Part shown: positions 43,370 to 50,654 of the stretch, one piece after another
How the letters are laid out: each line of letters begins with the position of its first letter
How positions within the stretch are numbered: the first letter of the stretch is position 1
Assembly: GCA_040757175.1 (NCBI GenBank)
Contig: JBFLXM010000080.1
Coordinates: 213 to 64,212 of the forward strand
Length of the DNA stretch: 64,000 bases
DNA from: Thermodesulfobacteriota bacterium
GTDB lineage: Bacteria > Desulfobacterota > Desulfobaccia > Desulfobaccales > 0-14-0-80-60-11
Reading direction: 5' to 3'
Position numbers and translations under genes: made by a program
Notes under the pieces: model-generated
Told to the model about the DNA's origin: nothing
Databases searched by the model: none
Seen by the model: only the letters and a program-made list of their open reading frames with translations

Positions 43370-44289
43370 GGTTGAGCCTCCAGGGGCCCCTGGCAGGAAA
43401 CCCTCCCGGCCCGGCCGGGCAAGCGCCCCTGCCTGACGCCGGCCGCGGGAATCTTCTCCGGCTCCTGTAAGAGTTTCCGGGCCCAGTCCTCCAAGCGGAA
43501 GAACTCCACCCCCTGGTCCTGGCAGCGGTCCAGCAAATTCGCAAACTCCTGGCCCAAAGGCCCTCCTTCCACCTCCGCATGCACCGTCAATACCTGGGGA
43601 AGATCAGCCTTGGCCAGACGCCCCAAAACCAGGGCGGCAAAATCCTCAGGCCGGCACCCATTAAAACCCAGCAACTCATCCAGCGTGGGCAGGGTGGTGG
43701 GAATTTCCAACACGGGATTTATCTGTCCCCCAAAGCAAGGGAAATAGGGGGCATAGCCCCGGGTGTCGCTGCCGTACAAAAAACCGCCCGCGGCCAACAC
43801 GGCCCGGCTGGCCGCGCTGCACTGCCATCCCGGCGCGGCAAAGGCCCGGGCGGTATGCCCCAGAAAAGACCTGTACCTACTCTGGGCCTGGCTCAATTCC
43901 CGGGTTACCTCTTCCAGGTTCATGGACAAAAGATGATCGTGCCAATGCACGTGATCATAGCCGTGCAGCCCCACCTCATGGCCCGCCGCGGTCAAGGCCC
44001 CTAAAATCTCCCCTGCCCCCTTGCCGATCAAAGGGGCTGGCAACAGGGTACCATAGAACATGGTCCGGAGTCCATAAATCGCAGGGGCCCGGGTGCGCCA
44101 CATTTTTTCCAGAAAACCTTGCTGCCGAAAGACCCGGAAGACGGCCCGCCCGGAATTGTCCGGCCCCAGGGCCACAAAAAAGGAGGCTTTGATGCCACGC
44201 GCGGCCAATATCTCCAGAAGGGCCGGAACTCCCTGCCGAAACCCCTCCAGGGTGTCCACGTCCACTTTTAATCCCAACCGCGGCGACAC
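43366..44289 (-). CDS. arnD: 4-deoxy-4-formamido-L-arabinose-phosphoundecaprenol deformylase (polysaccharide deacetylase family)
   Basis: 307 aa; 'LGLKVDVDTLEGFRQGVPALLEIL...ASFFVALGPDN...HAEVEG' is collinear with E. coli ArnD; GTG start. Confidence 0.85.
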   Translation of the reverse strand: MSPRLGLKVDVDTLEGFRQGVPALLEILAARGIKASFFVALGPDNSGRAVFRVFRQQGFLEKMWRTRAPAIYGLRTMFYGTLLPAPLIGKGAGEILGALTAAGHEVGLHGYDHVHWHDHLLSMNLEEVTRELSQAQSRYRSFLGHTARAFAAPGWQCSAASRAVLAAGGFLYGSDTRGYAPYFPCFGGQINPVLEIPTTLPTLDELLGFNGCRPEDFAALVLGRLAKADLPQVLTVHAEVEGGPLGQEFANLLDRCQDQGVEFFRLEDWARKLLQEPEKIPAAGVRQGRLPGRAGRVSCQGPLEAQP

Positions 44290-44304
44290 ATCGACTCCAT
44301 CTAT

Positions 44305-44444
44305 CAGTAGCCAGTAGTCAGTGGTCAGTTTTCAGTTTTTGGTTTTTGGTTTTTGTGACACTGATCACTGATTACTGATCACTGATTACTGATTACTTAT
44401 CCCTAACCACTGGCCACTGACCACTGACCACTGACCACTGGCCC
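44305..44444. repeat. Array of 20 consecutive heptads in unbroken 7-nt register
   Basis: CAGTAGC CAGTAGT CAGTGGT CAGTTTT CAGTTTT TGGTTTT TGGTTTT TGTGACA CTGATCA CTGATTA CTGATCA CTGATTA CTGATTA CTTATCC CTAACCA CTGGCCA CTGACCA CTGACCA CTGACCA CTGGCCC; ends 1 nt before the stop of the upstream gene. Confidence 0.9.
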
Positions 44445-45491
44445 CTAAACCCCTCCCCCAAATTTCTCTTCCCCCCTGGCCTCTTCCAGGAAGGAATCCA
44501 GGGTAATTTTCAGGGAGGTCTTGAGGTCCGTTTTCGGCTGCCAGCCCAGGAGTTGTTTAGCTTTGGCGATGGAGGGCTTGCGGCTGGTGATGTCCTGGTA
44601 GCCCTGGCCGTAGTAGGCCTCGTGGGGGGTCTCCACAATCTCCGAGTAAACCCCGTCGCCTTTATGGTCCGGGTGTTCTTTAAAAAGGTCCCGGAGCATA
44701 TGGGCCAATTCTTTTACTGAGGCCTCGTTATCCGGGTTGCCGATGTTGAAGATCTGGCTGTCGGCCGCGCCCCCGGGATTCTCAATGATCTGCATCAGGC
44801 AGTCGATACCGTCTTCCACATAAGTGAAGCAGCGTTTCTGGAAGCCGCCGTCCACCAGGCGGATGGGACTGCGCTCCAGCAAGTTCAGGATGAATTGGGT
44901 CACCACCCGGGAGCTCCCTTCCTTGGCCGCGTAGAGGTCGTCCAGCTTGGGGCCGATCCAGTTGAAGGGGCGGATCATGGAAAACTGCAATTTCCCCTCC
45001 TGGCCGTAGGCCCAAATGACCCGGTCCAGGAGCTGCTTGGAGCAACTGTAGATCCAGCGCTGCTTGTTAATGGGGCCCAGCACCAGGGTGCTTTCATCCT
45101 CGCTGAATTCCCCGTCCGGGCACATGCCGTAGACTTCCGAAGTGGAGGGGAAGATGATCCGGGTTTGATACTGCACGCATTGGCGGACGATGCGCAGGTT
45201 CTCTTCAAAATCCAGTTCAAAGACCCGGAGGGGGTTCTTGACGTAGACCATGGGGGTGGCGATGGCCACCAGGGGCAGGGCCACGTCGCACTTCTTGATA
45301 TGGTACTCGATCCACTCCTTGTTGATGCCGATATCCCCTTCCAGGAAGTGGAAGCGGGGGTGGTCCAGGGACTCTTCCAGTTTGTTGGAGTAGAGGTCCA
45401 TGCCGAAGACTTCCCAGTCCCTGGTGTTAAGAATGCGCCGGGTGAGGGCGTTGCCGATGAAGCCGTTGACGCCTAGAATTAGAATTTTCAT
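44445..45491 (-). CDS. arnA: UDP-glucuronate oxidative decarboxylase (homolog of the ArnA C-terminal domain)
   Basis: 348 aa; '[12 protein letters not shown]...HFLEGDI...[21 protein letters not shown]...STSEVYGMC...[15 protein letters not shown]' is near-collinear with E. coli ArnA residues ~315-660. Confidence 0.9.
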   Translation of the reverse strand: MKILILGVNGFIGNALTRRILNTRDWEVFGMDLYSNKLEESLDHPRFHFLEGDIGINKEWIEYHIKKCDVALPLVAIATPMVYVKNPLRVFELDFEENLRIVRQCVQYQTRIIFPSTSEVYGMCPDGEFSEDESTLVLGPINKQRWIYSCSKQLLDRVIWAYGQEGKLQFSMIRPFNWIGPKLDDLYAAKEGSSRVVTQFILNLLERSPIRLVDGGFQKRCFTYVEDGIDCLMQIIENPGGAADSQIFNIGNPDNEASVKELAHMLRDLFKEHPDHKGDGVYSEIVETPHEAYYGQGYQDITSRKPSIAKAKQLLGWQPKTDLKTSLKITLDSFLEEARGEEKFGGGV

Positions 45492-45551
45492 AATTTTTTA
45501 TTATCACCTTTTCGAATTCAGAGGTCATTTTACCAGGAAAAAAGAAAAAAA

Positions 45552-45634
45552 GGGGAAGAGGGGAAAAGGGGAAAAGGGGAAATGCCAAAAATTAGCATTC
45601 TTCTTCCCCTTTTCCCCTTTTAACCTTTTCCCCC
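45552..45634. repeat. Imperfect hairpin whose arms are (GGGGAAAA)n / (TTTTCCCC)n octamer repeats
   Basis: ggggaagaggggaaaaggggaaaaggggaaatgc - caaaaatta - gcattcttcttccccttttccccttttaaccttttccccc. Confidence 0.85.
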
Positions 45635-45661
45635 ATTATTTATAGAGATCCAATTATCGAT

Positions 45662-46606
45662 TTAAGCTCCCAATTTCTCACCTACTAACTTCTCCCAGGT
45701 GGCGATGACCGGCCCCCAAAACTCCGGCTCCCCTTCCCATTGGGCTTGGGTGATGAGGAAATTGCCGTGGCCGGTGGCCACCAGGAGTCCTTCGGCGGGC
45801 AGGGAGGCCGTGATTTGGCCGGGCTCTCCCTGCTCCCCGGCCCCGGCGGCCAACACCCGGCCCCACCAGATGAAGAGCTTGCGGCCCTGGAGCATGGTGA
45901 AGGCCCCGGGGTAGGGATGGGTCACGGCCCGCACCAGATTATATATCTCCTGGGATGATTTTTGCCAGTTAATCAAGCCGTCCTGGGGGCCCCGCCCGCC
46001 GAAATATGAAGCCTGACCCTGATCCTGGGCAATCCTGGGGGCCGTCCCCTCCCGTAAGGCCGGATAAATTTCCGCCATCAAGGCCCCGGCCGCCGCGGTC
46101 ATGCGTGCGAAGAGAGTGAGAGCGCTGTCCTCCGGGGTGATGGGCACCCGCTTCTGGGCCACCATCTCCCCTTTGTCGGGTTTTTCCACCATATAATGGA
46201 GGGTCACCCCGGTTTCCGTCTCCCCGTGGACTAAAACCCAGTTCACCGGACAGCGGCCCCGGTAGCGGGGCAGCAGGCTGCCGTGGAGGTTCAGCGCGCC
46301 CAGGGGGGGCAGGTCCAACAGGGGCTTTTTCAGCATGTGCCGGTAATAGCAGGAAAACAAAAAATCCGGTTTAAGCTTCGCCATGGCCGCCACAAAGGCC
46401 GGATCATTGGGGTCCTGGGGCTGATACACCGGCAAATAATTTTTGAAAGCCAGGTCCCGCACGGAGGAGAACCAGATATTCTCCCGGGGGTCGTCGGCAT
46501 GGGTGACCACGGCCGCGATCTCGTCCCCCAAATTACGGCAATGCTCCATCAGGGCTTCGAGACAGACGCAGCCGATATTGTGGTAACCCATGAAGATGAG
46601 GCGCAT
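45662..46606 (-). CDS. arnA: UDP-4-amino-4-deoxy-L-arabinose formyltransferase (homolog of the ArnA N-terminal domain)
   Basis: Start set at '[12 protein letters not shown]' (ATG 46606). '[32 protein letters not shown]' matches E. coli ArnA '[32 protein letters not shown]'. The ORF-track N-extension lies in repeats. Confidence 0.9.
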   Translation of the reverse strand: [314 protein letters not shown]

Positions 46607-46612
46607 AAAAGA

Positions 46613-46705
46613 CGGTTTTCGGTTTTCGGTTTTCGGTTTCTGATTCTGATTCTGGTTCCCAAGCTGTGCTTGGGAACCCCTTTGGCCGCAAAGCTGAGCT
46701 TTGCG
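46613..46705. repeat. Mosaic element: (CGGTTTT)x4, (TGATTC)x2, then two REP-like hairpins
   Basis: Heptads from 46613; ggttcccaagctgtgcttgggaacc at 46654-46678; cgcaaagctgagctttgcg at 46687-46705. Confidence 0.85.
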
Positions 46706-46745
46706 AATAAGGCCAATATCAGGCGACGTATTACCCAAGTGCTCC

Positions 46746-47126
46746 TTATTGGAGAAACGCTTCGGTCTTCTTAATGAATTGTTCTGCTCTTTCCTGCAAA
46801 TCCGTCACTTCAGATTCGGATATGCCGCTCAGATATTCATAATCGCTGACCTGGCGCTTTTCAAAGGCCCGATGTAGAGACTGATGCATTTCTTTTGGCA
46901 ATAGTCCGGATTTGATAAAGTGTTCGCCAAATGCGGCGATTGCCGCCCGATGGCTCGAAAAAGTCTTTCCTTGACTGAGCAACAGGGCCTCGGCGCCATA
47001 AAACATGGCATAATAAAGGCGTGAGACGGCAGAGTCAAAATCGGCGTTTTGCCGCAAAAGTTCGGCAGATGCCAGATAACGGCGAGCCTTGGCCAGCATC
47101 TGTTTAATTTCTTCCGCCACCGTCAA
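46746..47126 (-). CDS. HEPN-domain protein (putative toxin of a HEPN/MNT pair)
   Basis: 126 aa; 'FDSAVSRLYYAMFYGAEALL...SHRAAIAAFGEHF...RQVSDYE'; 4-nt overlap with the upstream MNT gene. Confidence 0.8.
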   Translation of the reverse strand: MTVAEEIKQMLAKARRYLASAELLRQNADFDSAVSRLYYAMFYGAEALLLSQGKTFSSHRAAIAAFGEHFIKSGLLPKEMHQSLHRAFEKRQVSDYEYLSGISESEVTDLQERAEQFIKKTEAFLQ

Positions 47127-47458
47127 AGCCGTACCCCTTCCCGCCGCACGTTTTCAAAAAGGGGGCTCTTTCTCACCTCAAGCCATTCCTCCGGCACAGG
47201 ATAGGTAGCGATGAGCACGTTGTGCTCCAGGCAGATGTCAGCCACCCCATCCCCGATCCGGTCAATTTCTTGGCTTGGTTTGACCTCTCCCTCCAAGGCA
47301 ATGAGCACATCCACATCCGAGTCCGCATGAAAATCTCCCCGGGCAAAGGAACCGTACAGATAAACGCCGCGCAGTCGATCCCCATAAATCTCAGCCAAAT
47401 AATCCTGCAATTCTTTTAAGGCCTGTTGGACGGCTCCGGGAATTTGGCGGCCGGACAT
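47123..47458 (-). CDS. Minimal nucleotidyltransferase (MNT) domain protein (putative antitoxin)
   Basis: 111 aa; 'GVYLYGSFARGDFHADSDVDVLIAL' (GS-X9-11-DxD) signature. Confidence 0.85.
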   Translation of the reverse strand: MSGRQIPGAVQQALKELQDYLAEIYGDRLRGVYLYGSFARGDFHADSDVDVLIALEGEVKPSQEIDRIGDGVADICLEHNVLIATYPVPEEWLEVRKSPLFENVRREGVRL

Positions 47459-47505
47459 GGGTTACTTATCCTCTAAACCAATTCGCTCTTAAAGGGATAT
47501 TTTTT

Positions 47506-47564
47506 CGTAGGGGAGGACCTTGTGTTCGCCCCGAATGATGGGCGAACACAAGGTTCGCCCTACA
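47506..47564. repeat. REP-like 59-bp palindromic element, copy 2
   Basis: cgtaggggaggaccttgtgttcgccccgaatgatgggcgaacacaaggttcgccctacaa; compare 31655-31713. Confidence 0.8.
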
Positions 47565-47655
47565 ATTAAAACTCTTCTCAAAGACAACTCAGTTAAGAGA
47601 AAGATATTCTCTTATTAGATATACCTGCTGCACTTGAACATTCAACGGAGCAAGA

Positions 47656-48657
47656 CTACGACTCCTGGCCCCTGGCCCCTGGCCCCTGGCCTTCTCCCCC
47701 CAACTCCTGCCGGATGACAAACCGCGGCCTGCCCCGCACCTCCCGGTAGATGCGGCCCACGTACTCCCCCACCAGGGCCAGGGCAAAGGTGTTCAGCCCC
47801 ACGAAGACAAAGAGGATGGCAAAAAGGGTAAAGACCCCCTCCACTTCCGGGCCCACGAAGAGCCGGCGCAGAAAGAGAAAAGCCCCGAAGCCCAGGCCCA
47901 ACAGGGCGATGCAGATGCCCATGACTCCCACCATGTGGATGGGAAAGTTGGAGAACCCGGTCATGAAGTCCACATTGAGGCGCAGCAATTTGATGAGGCT
48001 GTATTTCGACTGGCCCCGCTCCCTCTCCGCATGGCCCACCGGGATTTCCGCCACCCGCCGGGAAAAGAGATTGGCCAGGGCCGGAATGAAGCTGGAGGTC
48101 TCATGGCACTGGTTGATGCTGTCCACCACCTCCCGGCGGTAGGCCCGGAGCATGCAGCCGTAGTCCCGGAGCTTGACCCCGGTGACCCGGGACATTACCT
48201 GGTTGATGAGGAAAGAGGGAAATTTGCGGAATAAGGAGTCTTGCCGGTTTTCCCGCCAGCCTCCCACGGTATCAAAGCCTTCCTCGATCTTGGCCACCAG
48301 CCTGGGGATCTCTTCCGGGGGGTTTTGCAGGTCCGCGTCCAGGGTGACCAGCACCTGGCCCCGGGCGGCCTGGAAACCCGCGAAAATGGCCTGGTGCTGG
48401 CCGAAGTTGCGGTGAAACTGGAGGGCCCGGATGACCTGGGGATGCTGCCGGTGGAGTTGGCTCAACAGATCCCAGGAGCGGTCAGAAGAGCCGTCATCCA
48501 CAAAGATGATCTCGTAGGGACGGTTCATGCCCCCGAGGGTGCGGACCAGGCGCTCCCCCAGTTCCTCCAGGTTTTCATCTTCGTTGTAAACGGGAATAAC
48601 GACTGATATGTAAGGTTGGGGGGACGCGAGGTTTAAGGACATGACCTGGTTAGCCAT
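47656..48657 (-). CDS. arnC: Undecaprenyl-phosphate 4-deoxy-4-formamido-L-arabinose transferase (GT2)
   Basis: 333 aa; 'ISVVIPVYNE' and 'LDADLQNPPEEIPRLVAKIEEGFD' are nearly identical to E. coli ArnC; the last ~12 codons are encoded by (CTGGCCC)x4 heptads. Confidence 0.9.
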   Translation of the reverse strand: MANQVMSLNLASPQPYISVVIPVYNEDENLEELGERLVRTLGGMNRPYEIIFVDDGSSDRSWDLLSQLHRQHPQVIRALQFHRNFGQHQAIFAGFQAARGQVLVTLDADLQNPPEEIPRLVAKIEEGFDTVGGWRENRQDSLFRKFPSFLINQVMSRVTGVKLRDYGCMLRAYRREVVDSINQCHETSSFIPALANLFSRRVAEIPVGHAERERGQSKYSLIKLLRLNVDFMTGFSNFPIHMVGVMGICIALLGLGFGAFLFLRRLFVGPEVEGVFTLFAILFVFVGLNTFALALVGEYVGRIYREVRGRPRFVIRQELGGEGQGPGARGQES

Positions 48658-49576
48658 AATTTTTACTCTCGGGGAGACTTATAAGAAACAGAGGTTCGAA
48701 TAGATATCCGGGAATATCAATAGCAGAATTTTCGGCAATGCGCCGACGGCATTCTTCAACGAATTGCTCGTGAATTTCAAATCCCGCCGCCTTGCGTCCC
48801 AGGCGACGGGCAACAACAATGGTAGTCCCGCCGCCGGCAAATGGGTCTATCACTATTCCACCCACAGGGCAGGCGATCTTAATAAAGAATTCGGCTAATC
48901 CCTCCGGCATTGCCGCGGTGTGGGCAACGCCTCGATACTGGTTGTAGGTCTGAGGAACAATCACCACATTCCCTGGATCAGCTCCTCCTCGTAGATACGT
49001 CTTCGTGCGGTCACGGCCAAAACCAGCCTCTGTATTTCGTCTGCCCAGTCTGTCCAATTTTCTCCTGGCGATCTCGGCGAAGTCCGCTTTATAAGGAACT
49101 CTGACAGCATCCAAGTCAAAATATGGTTTCAGGCCACGGGCAAAGTGATAAACATATTCAAAACTATCCTTGGTCCGTGGGCCAAACTTGCCTGGAACTG
49201 CATTTGATTTCGCCCAGATGTAAGTCTCAATCCAACGCCAACCCATCCGCTGGAGGGAAAGAACTAGCTCATAAACATATGGGTGCCTCTGCCCTTTTAG
49301 TGGACCCTGTTTTGCCACCCGATTCTTGATATTAAGGATGAGGCTCCCACTCTGACTCGCAGCGTTAAACATCTCTTGGGCAAATGGTAGGAACCACTCA
49401 ACATAATGGTCTGGGTGTATCCGGCTATATGCCCGGGCATCGGCATAAGGAGGACTCATGAAGAAAAGGTCGATGCTGCCTTGGGGAAGGAGTGGCAACA
49501 AATCCAAAGCATCGCCAAGTGTTATCCCATCATCGAGAAACTGAGCTAATGCTTGAGTGCCACCTCTGATCTGCAC
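48650..49576 (-). CDS. Orphan beta-class N4-cytosine/N6-adenine DNA methyltransferase
   Basis: Motif IV 'FFMSPPYADA' precedes motif I 'VIDPFAGGGTT'. Start proposed at GTG 49576 (GGAG upstream), because the ORF-track N-terminus runs into RNase P RNA. The stop overlaps the arnC ATG (ATGGCTAA). Confidence 0.75.
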   Translation of the reverse strand: MQIRGGTQALAQFLDDGITLGDALDLLPLLPQGSIDLFFMSPPYADARAYSRIHPDHYVEWFLPFAQEMFNAASQSGSLILNIKNRVAKQGPLKGQRHPYVYELVLSLQRMGWRWIETYIWAKSNAVPGKFGPRTKDSFEYVYHFARGLKPYFDLDAVRVPYKADFAEIARRKLDRLGRRNTEAGFGRDRTKTYLRGGADPGNVVIVPQTYNQYRGVAHTAAMPEGLAEFFIKIACPVGGIVIDPFAGGGTTIVVARRLGRKAAGFEIHEQFVEECRRRIAENSAIDIPGYLFEPLFLISLPESKNYG

Positions 49577-49652
49577 GCTGCATCTCCACAAGCTGCACGC
49601 ATGTAAGTTTATGGGGGACTGCCGCTTGTAGTGGCCGGTGGACCCAAAGAAG

Positions 49653-50021
49653 CCGCGGAGCAGGCCGTAAGCCGAGTTCTGTACCGGAAAAGCTCCGGCG
49701 ATGATCATTCCTCTGGGACCCCGGTTGCCCGGGGCCTCTAGCGGCCTACCCGGGAGCTTTGGGCGGGCCACCCTCAAGCGCTCCCCTATTTGGCCTTGCT
49801 CCGGGTGGGGTTTTCCAAGCCGGCAATGTCGCCACTGCCGCTGGTGAGCTCTTACCTCACCTTTTCACCCTTACCGTGGACGTACCACGGCGGTCTGGTC
49901 TCTGAGGCACTTTCCCTGGGGTTGCCCCCGCTGGGCGTTACCCAGCACCCTGCCCTGTGGAGCTCGGACTTTCCTCCGGCCGCCCGGAAAGCAGCCGGCG
50001 ATCATCTGGCCTACTCCGCGG
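49653..50021 (-). ncRNA. rnpB: RNase P RNA, bacterial type A
   Basis: Reverse complement contains 'GGAGGAAAGTCCGAGCTCCACAGGGCAGGGTGCTGGGTAACGCCCAG', 'GGTAAGGGTGAAAAGGTGAGGTAAGAGCTCACC', 'CCACCCGGAGCAAGGCCAAATAGGGG' and 'ACAGAACTCGGCTTA'. P1 pairs CCGCGGAGTAGGCC with GGCCTGCTCCGCGG. Ends are good to about 5 nt. Confidence 0.85.
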
Positions 50022-50085
50022 TTCCTGTGGGCATCTTTAGGGAGATTGGCCGACTCTGGGATGCGCCAATCTGCCTAAATTTATT

Positions 50086-50526
50086 TTAACTGGATTCTGA
50101 CCGGCGGTCAATGGCTTGGCGGGCCAGACGGTCGGCCTCTTGATTCCCGGCCCGGCCCAGGTGGGAGATAGCATAGGCCTCGAAGTTTTGCAACTCCTTT
50201 TTGGCCTGTTGCCAGAGGGGCAGGAGGTGGGGGCTCTTGACCCGGTAGGAGCCGGTGAGTTGCTCCACCACCAGTTGGGAATCAGCCAGGACTTGGACGC
50301 GGTGCGCGCCCTGCTCCCGGGCCAGTTGCAGTCCCAGGATCAGGGCCTGGTATTCCGCCACGTTGTTGGTGGTTTCGCCGAGATAGCGGCTCAGTTGGCC
50401 TTTGAGCGCGCCCCCGGGGTCGTAGAGAATGGCCCCGGCTCCGGCCGGGCCGGGGTTGCCCCGGGAGGCGCCGTCGCAATAAAGCCGCCAGAAGCCGGTC
50501 TCCCGGCGGCGGTAGGCGTCGGCCAC
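50086..50526 (-). CDS. Ribonuclease HI-family protein
   Basis: 146 aa; 'LYCDGASRGNPGPAGAGA...NNVAEYQAL...ADSQLVV...NQEADRLA' (DEDD residues). Confidence 0.85.
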   Translation of the reverse strand: MADAYRRRETGFWRLYCDGASRGNPGPAGAGAILYDPGGALKGQLSRYLGETTNNVAEYQALILGLQLAREQGAHRVQVLADSQLVVEQLTGSYRVKSPHLLPLWQQAKKELQNFEAYAISHLGRAGNQEADRLARQAIDRRSESS

Positions 50527-50654
50527 CTTCTGAAAGAGGTCCTGGAGCTCCTCCCTGGTGATCTGGAACTTATCCAGGACCCGGGGAATCTCCAGTCCAT
50601 GGGCCAGGGCCTCGAAGATGGCGGCCCGGGAAAGGGGGGGCCGGTCCCCCCGGC

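Noticed and set aside
44305-44444. Possibility that the periodic blocks (here and at 27.4, 34.3 and 38.7 kb) are CRISPR arrays
   Set aside because: The periods are 7-8 nt with no unique spacers, there are no cas genes in the window, and the repeats are far shorter than CRISPR repeats.
49577-50089. N-terminal 67 codons of ORF 48650-49777 and the 99-aa plus-strand ORF 49790-50089
   Set aside because: Both run through RNase P RNA (conserved P4/P10-12/P15 sequence blocks on the minus strand), so they are not protein-coding.
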